Position numbers and translations under genes: made by a program. Under the pieces are notes generated by a model. It did no database searches and had not been told where the DNA came from. It saw nothing but the letters and a program-made list of their open reading frames with translations. A DNA stretch of 63,488 nt, filler included, from Octopus bimaculoides (taxonomy: Eukaryota): the NCBI RefSeq assembly GCF_001194135.2. It is 5 parts of 4 records of this genome, joined end to end, with 100 filler letters (N's around TTAATTAATTAA, not from the genome) between each part and the next. Parts side by side here need not be neighbours in the genome. Positions count along the whole stretch, not along the records: positions 30,903 to 51,172 come from NC_068981.1; positions 51,273 to 60,892 come from NC_068981.1; 3 more parts are not named here. One strand, 5' to 3'. Positions within the stretch are counted from its first letter, which is position 1; each line of letters starts with the position of its first letter. Positions 39,130-52,697 of the stretch are shown piece by piece.

Positions 39130-39430
39130 CAGTAAAGGTCTAAGGACTTCAATAGGCGACGTTGCCCAAGAATAAATGTGAGGTAGTGTTTATAATCACG
39201 GAACGCGTATCTTGTGACGTACAAACTCGTTAGATTTAAATTCCATGGACTTCTACATTCGGACCTTTGTTGGAAAAAAGACTAATGAATGTTCCCACAA
39301 ACATAAGCTTCACTGAAGGCTGTCATTGCCCGGGTGATACCCGAAATGAATAAGGACCCTTTAGTGTAGATATGTCAGCGACTCCGGTTCTAAGTTAAAG
39401 CGGTTCTCGAAGCTGAAAACCTATTCATAA
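39130..39430 (+). pseudogene. maT/DD37D-type transposase C-terminal relic
   Basis: NSLDLNSMDFYI…KKTN…H / SLKAVI…MNKD.L..IC.RLR..VKAVLEAE matches the (WPP)NSPDLNP.DY..W…SLK.AI…C.RFR.R..AV.EA pattern. Confidence 0.6.
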
Positions 39431-39568
39431 AATAAGTTGATTAGAAAGCTTATCGAGAAACTTGTGCGCAAATATATATCTAATACATTTGGTTTTTACT
39501 TGATTAGAGTTATATTATTAAATTACCAATTATGTCCTCAAATAGCTCTTGCACACTGTATACATGCA

Positions 39569-39643
<75 letters not shown>

Positions 39644-41182
39644 TTCAATATATATGAGCATTTATANNNNNNNNNNNNNNNNNNNNNNNNNNNNNNNNNN
39701 NNNNNNNNNNNNNNNNNNNNNNNNNNNNNNNNNNNNNNNNNNNNNNNNNNNNNNNNNNNNNNNNNNNNNNNNNNNNNNNNNNNNNNNNNNNNNNNNNNNN
39801 NNNNNNNNNNNNNNNNNNNNNNNNNNNNNNNNNNNNNNNNNNNNNNNNNNNNNNNNNNNNNNNNNNNNNNNNNNNNNNNNNNNNNNNNNNNNNNNNNNNN
39901 NNNNNNNNNNNNNNNNNNNNNNNNNNNNNNNNNNNNNNNNNNNNNNNNNNNNNNNNNNNNNNNNNNNNNNNNNNNNNNNNNNNNNNNNNNNNNNNNNNNN
40001 NNNNNNNNNNNNNNNNNNNNNNNNNNNNNNNNNNNNNNNNNNNNNNNNNNNNNNNNNNNNNNNNNNNNNNNNNNNNNNNNNNNNNNNNNNNNNNNNNNNN
40101 NNNNNNNNNNNNNNNNNNNNNNNNNNNNNNNNNNNNNNNGCCACATCCCCTAAATCCCTATGTCAAACGGACCAGTATAAATAGGAAATAAATACACTTT
40201 ACATCTGGAGAGCTTTGCTAGCAGCAGCCTGTCAATATATATATATCAAATGGTATTAGCAGAGACTTTGCAATGGCAGCCAGACAGAGCCAGGGATATC
40301 AGAGAAACGCACTGCCATAAGGTCGACGACTAATATCGCCGACCACTGTATATCATTATGATTATCATACGAATCTGTATATCCGTGTATGTGCGTAATA
40401 GAGAGGGAGGAGCGTGTATATATGTATGTGTGTGTGTGTTTTTGTATTTATGTAGGTTAACCAACCCCAGCAAAACCGATATGAGAAATCCTAGCAAGCG
40501 TACTGACGATGCTATTAACCTCAAAAGTGTAAGAATTACGTGACAAGAGAAATTGAACTGCGGTGACCCGTCCGTGGCATGTTCCACTTCATTGAAAACA
40601 GATTGTCTTTAGAATCCACGTAATTTGATATTGCAAACTTTTAACCCTTCATCCATGGTGAAGTTATTTCTTTGAAAGACCTGGATTTCGAGAAAGAATT
40701 TACTAGAATTAGTGAATCCGATGTCATGATGATAATTATTCAAGCCTAGGTACAGGGCTACAAATTCAGTGCAAGGGGGTAGTCGATCTAATCGCTCCCT
40801 TTGTTTAGTTAATATTAAATTTTATCGACTCCAGACGAGGGGAAGCACAAAACAAAAGGATTATTTCGGCGTTCTAAAGATTCTGTTTATCCATTAATCT
40901 GTCACGACCTGACCATTCAGTTATAACATATTTGTCGCGCTCGAAGTCATATAAACTAGGTTTCCATTAAACTTCTCAAATAAGATTTGGAGGTTGGTAA
41001 GGAACTTTGTTTCAAAGAAAACTCTTTAATGGTGACAATTAACACACAAGAATTTATGCACAATAGTACGAAATTGTAGCGCATTCGCATTATTCAATAA
41101 ATAAATGGTAACTTACTTAACCTTTTCAAATCACAGATGTTTCCAAGAGGTGTCACAAAATGGAATCATTTTAAGTATAAAT

Positions 41183-41250
41183 ATAGCTCAGTCGGTAGAG
41201 CATCAGACTTTTAATCTGAGGGTCGTGGGTTCACGTCCCCACTGGCGGTA
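41183..41250 (+). pseudogene. tRNA-Lys(UUU)-derived sequence lacking the 5' acceptor strand
   Basis: TAGCTCAGTCGGTAGAGCA (D arm), TCAGA-CTTTTAA-TCTGA (anticodon TTT at 41210-41212) and GTGGG-TTCACGTC-CCCAC (T arm, 8-nt loop). Positions 1-6 are replaced by ATAAAT, so no acceptor stem can form. Confidence 0.85.
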
Positions 41251-41927
41251 CCCCAACATGGCTGGGGCTGGAGCTGAAACACCTATAAAAGAATAAAGGA
41301 ATGATNNNNNNNNNNNNNNNNNNNNNNNNNNNNNNNNNNNNNNNNNNNNNNNNNNNNNNNNNNNNNNNNNNNNNNNNNNNNNNNNNNNNNNNNNNNNNNN
41401 NNNNNNNNNNNNNNNNNNNNNNNNNNNNNNNNNNNNNNNNNNNNNNNNNNNNNNNNNNNNNNNNNNNNNNNNNNNNNNNNNNNNNNNNNNNNNNNNNNNN
41501 NNNNNNNNNNNNNNNNNNNNNNNNNNNNNNNNNNNNNNNNNNNNNNNNNNNNNNNNNNNNNNNNNNNNNNNNNNNNNNNNNNNNNNNNNNNNNNNNNNNN
41601 NNNNNNNNNNNNNNNNNNNNNNNNNNNNNNNNNNNNNNNNNNNNNNNNNNNNNNNNNNNNNNNNNNNNNNNNNNNNNNNNNNNNNNNNNNNNNNNNNNNN
41701 NNNNNNNNNNNNNNNNNNNNNNNNNNNNNNNNNNNNNNNNNNNNNNNNNNNNNNNNNNNNNNNNNNNNNNNNNNNNNNNNNNNNNNNNNNNNNNNNNNNN
41801 NNNNNNNNNNNNNNNNNNNNNNNNNNNNNNNNNNNNNNNNNNNNNNNNNNNNNNNNNNNNNNNNNNNNNNNNNNNNNNNNNNNNNNNNNNNNNNNNNNNN
41901 NNNNNNNNNNNNNNNNNNNNNNNNNNN

Positions 41928-41961
<34 letters not shown>

Positions 41962-42449
41962 CATACACACACACATATATAGTACAAGGAGTAGGGATTT
42001 GGAATCCGGACAGGCACCTTATTAGCACTGATATAATCCAGATCTGGTTAACCACATCGAATGATAGGGAACCAACGGAATTGCTTAAGATAAACAATTA
42101 AATGGTATTTCCACGTGATAGATAAATTCTGAGTTTGCTTCATTGGATTTCGTACAGCACACACTGTATAGGATGAAGACATCAGAAAGGAGAAGGGAAA
42201 ATTACAAATCTTCAAAATTTGTTTATTACAGTATCTTTCTCATTAAATTCACATTAGACCTAATGTGAATTTAATGAGTTTAATACTGCAATAAACGTGT
42301 TTTGAAGATGTACAATTCTCCATTCCTCTTTATGATTCATACATACATAAATACATACATAAATACATAAATACATACATACATACATACATACATACAT
42401 ACATACATACATACATACATACGTACATAGGACTCTTGATGAGATCCGA

Positions 42450-43850
42450 GCCATTGATGTGAAAACCCGAAAATACTAAAAAGTACACATAATTTCCACA
42501 TGAACAGTGACGTAGACTGCCTCTGCCTAAAACGAAACAAGGCGGCAAAAGCTTAACATCGATCCAAAATGCCTTTCAATGCCGTATCATATCTCTTCGG
42601 CAACATCTTTTAACCACCAAGTGTTGAAGTGCATCTCTTGACCAAGTTTGCATACATGAGTCCAATAACATCATAAGACTTGGAAAGCAGCTTCTTGAGC
42701 AGCATTCCTTGTCTGAGAACCTTAAATACATACCCAAATAAGTCGCATGACTCTATTGCAACGTATCCTCAGATGAAAGGATGAGCATATAAGAGCAGAA
42801 GACCATGCATGGTTATGTTAGTAGAAAGTTCCTTGATGATAGTGACATCATTCATCAAAGTAGTCTATTGTAGACCAATAGCCAGATTACTACCTCCCAC
42901 TTTGAAGGGTATGTGTTTGCAATGCAGGAACAGGAAATATCAACCAAGTTCCTGATGCAAAAAAGGGATAGAGGTGCAGGAAAAGCAGTAAAATGTGACA
43001 ACCTATGCCGACTTTGTGGATTTCACACTGAAGATATCACCCACATCATATGTAGTTGTCCGAACATGTCATCACGGTATTATCTACCGATGACACATGA
43101 TGTAGCTAGGACACTCTATAATAAAATCCGTCGGAAGGATAAAGAAATATGAACCCACAGTATGGTAGAAGCCATAGCCACTCATAATTAAAAAGGAATA
43201 CTGGTGGAATATCCAAGTGAAGACCTCAATAAAATGTAAGCACAACAGACATGATATAATGATTTAAGATAGAGAAGAGAAGCTATGCATAGTTGTGGAA
43301 ATTAGCTGCCCAGCGGATGTTAACATAAAACTGAAGATCAGTGAAAAAGAGAACACCTATGTGGAACTATTGAGAAATCTGCAGTTACTCTATTCAGATT
43401 ACAAGTTCAGATTTATACCTGTAATTATTGGGGCCCTGCGATATGTAACACACTGCCTAAATACCAATCTTGAGAAATTAGGCTTCTCAAAACCAGAAAA
43501 GAGAAATTGGAAGACTACAGATCAACTCCATCATTAGAACTAAAAATCTGTAAAACTTTCCTGAAGTTTATCATTTAAATATATATGAGCATGTCTAGAT
43601 ATGCAACTATATGCATGAGAATACATACATAAAACATACAAATCTGCACATACATACATACATACATACATACATACATACATACATACAAAAATACATA
43701 CATACATACATAAAACAAAAATACCCTGTTGTTGATGTTGAAATTCCAATGATGGAGCCTTGGATCTAGGTTAGAAACCGGCTCTTTCTCTATTCGCAGG
43801 AAATCTTAAAATAAAATCGAACAATGACACACACACATACACACACACGC
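42450..43850 (+). mobile_element. R4/Dong-like LINE 3' portion: RT thumb, CCHC finger, restriction-like endonuclease and 3' UTR
   Basis: IDVKTRKIL…FHMNSDVD.L…GG.SL, CRLCGFHTEDITHIICSC (43006-43060), HNRHDI…VEISCPADVN…EKENTY..LLRNL…FIPVIIGAL. Multiple stops and frameshifts. Confidence 0.9.
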
Positions 43851-44289
43851 ACACACGCACACACGCACACACACACACACATACACACACACACACACAT
43901 ACACACACACATAATCTATACGCACGCTTGCCCGTACACGCATGCAGAGGCGGTCAGACATATTGATACCTACTTGCATCTGTGTCGCCTTTGAAAATCA
44001 CGAGACACTCTAACGAACGTAGTATAGCAGACATACACATACACAGACACACACATGCTTATAATCATACATAAGTATACATACATCCATGCATGTATAT
44101 GTGTATGTGTGCGCGCGCATGTGTGTCTGTGTTTGTGTGTATATTTGCGTGTACACGTACATGAATACATGCATACATAGAATTATATGCGAATATGTAT
44201 GCACACATATATATGAATATGTATACACACATACGTACATATATACGTGCATGTATGCATACACACATACATAAATGCATCTCATTAAG

Positions 44290-44435
44290 CGATCTTTATT
44301 TGTCGTCTGCCCTCTCTCTTTACTTGTCGTCTGCTCTCTCTCTCTTTATTTGTCGTCTGCTCTCTCTCTTTATTTGTCGTCTGCTCTCTCTCTTTATTTG
44401 TCGTCTGCTCTCTCTCTTTATTTGTCGTCTGCTCG
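44290..44435. repeat. 24-bp minisatellite (TTATTTGTCGTCTGCTCTCTCTCT)x~6
   Basis: Near-perfect tandem units, producing LSSALSLY / EQTTNKER periodic ORFs. Confidence 0.95.
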
Positions 44436-45243
44436 CTATCCCTTCCCTCCGTCCCCTCCTCACCTCCTACCATACCCCACTAATCTATCTTCATTCGTTA
44501 GGCGTTTTAATACCCGAACAGGCTCAACAATCGACCGAATCATTTAGACGGAAGTATTACGGGATTACATTTATTTCTAATTACGGAATAAATACCACGA
44601 TGACGTGTCATTCACCGATTGGCTGGCGAAGGGAGAGACGAGCTGGGTGGTTAGTTGTTAGTGGTCGGGTTTGTTAAAAGTGAGGTTTCGTAGATTAGCC
44701 CCAGGTTAGCTTTGATCGAGTAGACGTATGACCAGGCCATTCAACCCATGGCCCTCCCGTCTGTTTAGAGGTATTTAGAACAATATTTTACACTGTGTTC
44801 TTTTTATTATTAATGATGTTATGATGCTATCTGAGGGATATATTTGACTTCTATTTCTACCCTGGTGTGACCAACCACGTAGTAGTGTCCCTTTAATTAC
44901 CTCTCCAATATGAAGTAGTGGTTGTCAGGGGTGGAGGGGCGTAAAAGTAATTATGTGGGAACGTGGAAAAGAAACGATGACGATGAAGAGGAAAAGGAGA
45001 AGGAAGCGGAGAAGGGTAGTAGTAATGACACTGCGGGTGCTGGAGATGACGACGGTGACGATGACGACGATGATGATGATGGCAATCAGGAGGGGAAGTT
45101 GGTAGGAGATGATGATGATGATCAGTCGGAGGGAGATTATGTGTGTGTGTGGGGGGTGGTGATGTTAGTTGGTACTCTCCTTATTAATATTATTGTCTTT
45201 GTATTGTCCCCCGCATCCTTCGCCCCCGTGACAAATAACTGAA

Positions 45244-45285
<42 letters not shown>

Positions 45286-45476
45286 GTTATTATTATAGAC
45301 GTATATAATATCTTGAGGTTGTTGATTGAAGATATTGTGTCTACCGGAGGTTTGTACGGTTTGTCAAGTGACAACAAGGACCTCAGACAGACACTAAGCA
45401 ACATGCTTGCAGTTCCAAGTAATGCCGACATTTGCAATACATCTGGATTGCAGGGTATTTCTACGGTTTTCAGATG

Positions 45477-45548
<72 letters not shown>

Positions 45549-46149
45549 TACTGCAATGTCGTCGATACGATTGTCAATACCAGTCGAGCAATGCGGTCGG
45601 TAGAAGTTTCACCTTGGCGTTCTATACAGCGTTAATCGTAGGCAAGGACTCTCAGGTTGAGGCACATCGATAATCTTCAGAGACCTTTGGTCGTGCAGTG
45701 TTACCAGAAGGGAAGTATCACCAGTTCGAAATAAATTTCTATTGGCACAGCTGTGCCCTCTGCCAGGCCTCTCCTAGATGTACGTAGAGAAACGAAACTG
45801 ATGTGCACACACTTGTTCAGTGACTAATCATTGCTGGCTTGTGGAGTTTATTGAACACACATAGGACGGGTCTGGTCATCAGGTGATCTCATCTTGAAGA
45901 TCGTCCCGCTGCTTTCATGTGACCCAAAAGAGAAAGGTGTTTAACTATGGAATGGGTTTAGCAAAAATAGTTATGTGTTGCGCCAGTTTGAAGGTACACC
46001 TTTTTCGGTCAAGTTCTCAACATTTTCGAGTTCACTTGAAAAGGAGAGTGAGGTTAGAGAGGGAGGTGTTGCTACCCAGACAATTCTTGAAAACTGGATG
46101 AGGGTGGTGAGTATAATATATATATGCGTGTGTGTATGTGTGCCTGTAT

Positions 46150-46188
<39 letters not shown>

Positions 46189-46898
46189 ATATATGTGTGT
46201 GTGTATGTGTGCCTGTATATGTGTGTGTGTGTATGCGTGCCTGTATTTATTTACATATGTGTGTGTGTCATGGTGAACCTCTTTTTAAGTTGAATCTTAC
46301 TCATGATGAAAAAATAATTTGCTAATAAATTCAGAGCCTTAATGATCAAAATTGTTTCAGGTGTTTATCATTGTTCCTCGGTGACAGTATTGGTCAGTTT
46401 TCTGATTGCTGATCGAGAACAAATTCATAATAACTTTGATCGATCGTAAAGCATTTTGCTGGCGGATTCATTACCGCACCGGAAAAAATGCTTCGCGGCA
46501 TTCCTTCCGACTTTACGTTCTGAGATCAATTGCCACCGAGTTCGACTCTGCCTTTCTTCTTTCCGGGGCCGATAAAATACGTTGTAGACTGGAGTTGATG
46601 AAAGCGACTGACTCCTTCCCAAAATTGCTGGCCTTGTGCTAAAATATTAACCAGCAAATTTGATCGATCGTATTGACTTTTAGTAAATCTATAATATCAT
46701 GTCTTCAAATTAATCAACAGAAACGTTCCTAGAAGTGGCGTTACCATGTTTCTTATCCAGTAAATGAGAGCAAATAATGGAGAAGATCTTCTTGGTGAAT
46801 ACACATGTCTCGTGATTGGCCAGACAATACTGGCTTCACATTTTGGCACAAGGCCAGCAAGCTCGGAGCATGTAAGTCGACAATATCGACCTCAGTGT

Positions 46899-47112
46899 AA
46901 GGAGGCGAGCTGGCAGAAACGTTAGCACGCCGGGCGAAATGCTTAGCAGTTTTTCGTCTGTCTTTACGTTCTGAGTTCAATTTCCACCGAGGTCAACTTT
47001 GCCTTTCATCCTTCCGGCGTCGATAAATTAGGTACCAGTTGCGTATTGGGGTCAATCTAATCGACTGGCCCGCTCCCCAAAAATTTCGGGCCTTGTGCCT
47101 AGAGTAGAAAAG
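46899..47112 (+). mobile_element. Young family B SINE with 17-bp target-site duplication, nested in an older antisense SINE
   Basis: AATATCGACCTCAGTGT occurs at 46882-46898 and 47113-47129. The flanking sequence on both sides is minus-strand family B. Confidence 0.9.
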
Positions 47113-48759
47113 AATATCGACCTCAGTGTTCAACTGGTATTTATTTTATCGAGCCTGAAACGATGGAGAGCAAATTTGAACACAGAAATGCCGCTAAGCA
47201 TTTGCGAGCCAGAAAACATTGATCCCAAATCTTGCCACAAGGCCATTAATTTTGTGGGGTGGGGTGAATGGGGTACTTATTTTATCGATTCGGAGAGGAT
47301 GAAAGGTAAAGTCATTCTGGGCGGAATTTGAACTCAGAACGTAAACCAGAGGAAATGGTGCGGACCAGAAAATATTAACAGTAACAAGGCCGAAGTAATT
47401 TCTAATGAGAGGCTCTTGAGGTGTAGCTGTCTGGTAAATTATTTGATCTGAGGCTGTCTGTTGAATCTCAAGAAATTACAACATGGAAGCCATTAGACAT
47501 TTGAAAACACCCAAAAAATGTTAATTTCACTTAACACGTATTATTAGAGTTAAAAGTTTTTGTTAGTTAATTTTGAGTTTCTCTTGAATTACGATAATAA
47601 AAATATTCATAAAAATTCTTTCATTGTTCTCGCATGAAAAAAAAAACAAACAAAAAAGACAACAACAAAGAATGGAAGAAGAAAAGGTCATTTTTCTCGC
47701 AATGAACAACGCGAGAATTTGTTGATTAACGTGTAGAACGACTGAAAAATCGAGACAAAATACAAAAAGAAACCAGATTTATGAATAGTAATAATAATAA
47801 TAATAATATACAACAGCATATAAGGTAGTAATCTACCTTCAGCAAATATCAAGAACTGTTCAGAAACATAAGCCTATCCAAAATTTCAGACATACGGACT
47901 TCCACTGTACATTATAGAAGCTCTCTGCTTTTGATTAGAATAAATTTTTTTAAATCTTTTTTTTTAAACTTATATATATTATTATTTTTTTTTTTTTTCA
48001 AATTTCTTTCTTTAGAAATGATTATCTAATATTGAATATAAGATAAAATAAAACAGCAACAAACTGTAGTGGAATAGTAAATTAGCATATATAAGCAAAG
48101 AAATATAAGAAGACGAAAAGAAAAAAAAAAAGAAAAACACAAGAACAAGAAGAAGAAGGATAAAAAGAATGAAAAAGAAAGACAGCAAGAATATCGCATC
48201 AGTTATCTCTTAAATCCTATAACGTGTAAAAAACTTCAGCATTCGGAAATTAAAGTTGACGCAACTTTCTCAGATAGCTCTGATAACATTTCTGTAAGAC
48301 TTCTCAGAAATGAAATAAAATTGGTTTAAGCAACTTTGACTGAAGCCGAATGCCATTCTTAAGTATATTATAAAGAATTTAACAATGAGATTGATTCGCT
48401 TCCACTGTACATATGAGGGAAAAACACTGCTCTACTTTCTTTTCTAACATAAAGGCGCTCTCACACACTCACTTACTCGCTCACTCACTCTTTCACTCTC
48501 TATCTCTCTCTCCCTCCCTCTCTTTCACACAGGCTTTCCCACTCACTCCTCGTCACACTCCTCTTTAATTCTCTCTCTCTCTGTTTCTCTCTTTGTACTT
48601 ATTTGTCTCTTCAAATTTACCTTCTTTTACCGAAATACCAACAGAGTGAGAATTACAAGCGCGCATTCTAATGCATGCAACAAACGTACACACATATAAA
48701 TTAACACATACACACATACATACACACACATACACACGTACATACACACACACGGACGC

Positions 48760-49157
<398 letters not shown>

Positions 49158-50036
49158 TCAAACGCTTATATGAATCAAATCATCAAACCCATACATATTC
49201 ACATCAGCACAAGTATACACACACGCACATATTTCAACACGCATATACACGCATATAAACACGCATATACACCAAGACACGCGTTCTCCCGCATGCCAAA
49301 AGGCACACACATCAACACCTGGCATCTAACATATACACACTGACACGTATGTATATCTACACGTAATTCATAATATGTATAAACACTTCGACACATACAA
49401 CTGTATATAAATGGGTGTATATANNNNNNNNNNNNNNNNNNNNNNNNNNNNNNNNNNNNNNNNNNNNNNNNNNNNNNNNNNNNNNNNNNNNNNNNNNNNN
49501 NNNNNNNNNNNNNNNNNNNNNNNNNNNNNNNNNNNNNNNNNNNNNNNNNNNNNNNNNNNNNNNNNNNNNNNNNNNNNNNNNNNNNNNNNNNNNNNNNNNN
49601 NNNNNNNNNNNNNNNNNNNNNNNNNNNNNNNNNNNNNNNNNNNNNNNNNNNNNNNNNNNNNNNNNNNNNNNNNNNNNNNNNNNNNNNNNNNNNNNNNNNN
49701 NNNNNNNNNNNNNNNNNNNNNNNNNNNNNNNNNNNNNNNNNNNNNNNNNNNNNNNNNNNNNNNNNNNNNNNNNNNNNNNNNNNNNNNNNNNNNNNNNNNN
49801 NNNNNNNNNNNNNNNNNNNNNNNNNNNNNNNNNNNNNNNNNNNNNNNNNNNNNNNNNNNNNNNNNNNNNNNNNNNNNNNNNNNNNNNNNNNNNNNNNNNN
49901 NNNNNNNNNNNNNNNNNNNNNNNNNNNNNNNNNNNNNNNNNNNNNNNNNNNNNNTATATATATATGTATACACGATGGGCTTCTTTCTGTTTCCACTCTA
50001 TACTGTACTCTACTATGTTTTTAACAGAATATACCA

Positions 50037-50102
<66 letters not shown>

Positions 50103-50374
50103 ACTATCTAATACATTGGAATAAATAGACATACTGTAATGTTTACCGGCTGATGTCTATCGATTTTGTATCCTCTCCGTTTTCTTATTTGCCGTATAAA
50201 TCAAGGATAAACCACTTTTTACCCCCGTCCATATATAACACTCAATTGCGAGATTGCCACACAATAACTGGCACATGGCTATGAATGATTGGATACACTA
50301 CCAGCAGTATATTGGATAAGTACTATCCCTTAGTTGGTTTCTTAACCTCTAACTCATACAGATATCAATATATA

Positions 50375-51110
50375 CAGCCTTGGCCAAAAATATTAGACCA
50401 CCCCAATGTTTCAGGGTTCTGCTATGTCAATATTAATGAAACTCGTGCACATGGTAAATTATGGTATATTTAACAATATACATTAGTTTTAATATCTGGT
50501 TGACCTTCCTTTAGCATCAGTTACCGCTTTTTTACTGTACTGTACCTATGTAACCAATTATGAGTAAGACCAACGTCCAAAANNNNNNNNNNTATGTAAC
50601 CAATTATGAGTAAGACCAACGTCCAAAATTAACTTATGTTTCCTTGATTGTTTCAGAGTTTTATGCTAAAATACGTTGTAGATACAGTTAATAAACAGTA
50701 ATACGCCTAAAACAAGGGAGTTGAGTGTGAGCGATGTCAAATCGTAGCTCATTATGAAGATGGAATGTCTCAAAGGCAAATTACTCAGAAAATGAAATGT
50801 TCTCGATGTGCAATGCAAACGACTCCCAAACACTTCAGTCGCTCAGAAACAGAAGAAAAACATCGTCGGAGCTCTGTGTGGACTTCAACAAGGCAAATAC
50901 TTCACAAATACCAACCAGAACTGTTAGAAGGAGACTTGTAGAGCACGGTCTGAAAGGCTGTAAAGCCAGGAAGAAGCCATGGGTTTCTGAAGCGAATATG
51001 GATAAATGTCGTCTGTAGGCCAAAAACCACTCAAATTGGACTAGTGAGCAATGGTCAAAAGTCATATGGTCTGATGAAAGTAACTATGAGGTAAGATAGT
51101 ACATGTATTC
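50375..51110 (+). mobile_element. Tc1-like transposon, 5' half
   Basis: TA|CAGCCTTGGCCAAAAATATTAG terminus, HTH region, TRTVRRRL.E.GLKGCKARKKP and WSKVIWSDES (first catalytic D). The rest is not present before the spacer gap. Confidence 0.85.
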
Positions 51111-51294
51111 AATCAACATATAAACTTAATGTAACTGGTTTGTTGCCCAAAATATATAAAAAAGTATCCAGCNNNNNNNNNNNNNNNNNNNNNNNNNNNN
51201 NNNNNNNNNNNNNNNNTTAATTAATTAANNNNNNNNNNNNNNNNNNNNNNNNNNNNNNNNNNNNNNNNNNNNTATATATATATAATACAATATA

Positions 51295-52585
51295 CAGGGT
51301 GTGATGGGTAAATCTTCATTTTATATTTTATATTTTTAATTTTATGCATGTGCACCGTTTGTTTTTGATTTTGCTGACAACACAATATAGTGGGGTTGGT
51401 TGGGCACCATCTTTGAGAAAAGCAGCACCATGATGCAATTCTCTCTGCCTGGAATTTGGAAATGACATGCTGTACTGCTTGGTATTCATATTGGAAGCTC
51501 CAATACAAACATTTCAGAGTGTTAGGGTGTCAATCTGAAAACAGTGTAGAGGATTCGGAAAAAGTTGGATGAGTCTTGTGGTGATTACAAAGGTACAACA
51601 GCTCAGAAAGCTCACTCTGATCGTTCTGATAAGAAAATAACTCCTGAATGTGTAGGTGTGATCTAGGCCATGATTGACAACAATTCCTCCAAGTCAATCA
51701 GGTTCATTGTCAGCGACATGGTGTGTCTGAGTTTCTTATCAGGCAAGTAGTGCATGAAAACATTCAGTATTCCTCATACAAGATGAGAAAGGGCTAATTT
51801 TTATCCCACGCCATCAAGGGCAAGAGGAAAGACCGCACTACAAAGCTTTTGAACAAACTCAAGCAACCCTCCAACTGAGCATGCTTTGGTTTTTCTCAGA
51901 TGAGAAAAATTTCTGCCAAGATCAGACGGTGAATACACAGAACAACTGTTGGCTTGCCGTGTCCCCAAAACATGTACTGAGAGTGATAAAAATCAAACAT
52001 CCAGTCAACATCATGGTGTCTGGAGTGATCATTAGTGATGGCAGCATTATGCCTCCATTCATCTTCCCACATGACTTCAGACTCTACATGGAGGCCTACA
52101 TCAAATGTTTGGAAGAGGTAGTGCTGCCCTGGATTAAAAGGGTGGCTGCTGGAAGACCCTATATCTGGCAACAGGACTCTGCCCCATGCCACACAAGCAG
52201 GAGAGCCCAGTCATGACTGTCACACAATTTCTGCAACCACATCACACCTGACTCTCCAGACTGGAACCCCCTTGATTATTATGTGTGGGTTGCAGTTGAG
52301 CAAGAAACCAACAAAACTCATTGTAATACTAAAGATGAACTGGAGGCAAGGATTATGGTAGCATTCACCAACTTAAACAAGGAGACCATCCAGAAAAGTT
52401 GCAAAAGATTCTGAAGTTATCTGGAGGCCATGGTTGAGGCCAATGGCGATTTTATTGAATAACTTTGCTCTTTAGTATTTCAAGATATTTTAATGTAATT
52501 TTCGTAAATATGTCTTTTAAAATGAGATGTTAGTGTTATTTTCATTTTTGCGTAATTTAGAGAACAATTTATTTACCACACCCTG
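51295..52585 (+). mobile_element. Full-length but inactive maT/DD37D-type Tc1/mariner transposon
   Basis: Imperfect TIRs CAGGGTGTGATGGGTAAAT and ATTTACCACACCCTG with TA on both flanks. Motifs WFFSDEKNF, KHPVNIMV and WQQDSAPCHTS, then SPD.NPLDYYVW. Stops, frameshifts and loss of the WPPN segment inactivate it. Confidence 0.9.
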
Positions 52586-52697
52586 TAAATATATGTTATA
52601 TAATATATACACATAATATATGTATAGACTGTCAGAATGATGTAGATGCCTCTGATAAGAACCCAATAATCAATTAAGGTTGTTCATCATTTTTATA

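Noticed and set aside
39305-39355. CTGAAGG…GAAA hammerhead-like motif
   Set aside because: The core is mutated, stem I does not pair, and the segment is explained as transposase coding sequence (SLKAVIARVIPEMNKD).
41177-41250. Functional tRNA-Lys(UUU) gene
   Set aside because: The 5' acceptor strand is missing, the T loop has an extra base, and there is no oligo-T terminator. A SINE-like tail follows instead.
45715-45810. HDV-like ribozyme interpretation of the structured segment
   Set aside because: A P2-like pairing and CGAA are present, but I could not build a proper P1, P3-L3 and P1.1 nested pseudoknot on either strand.
50548-50628. ~35-bp direct repeat on both sides of a 10-N gap
   Set aside because: Same overlap artefact.
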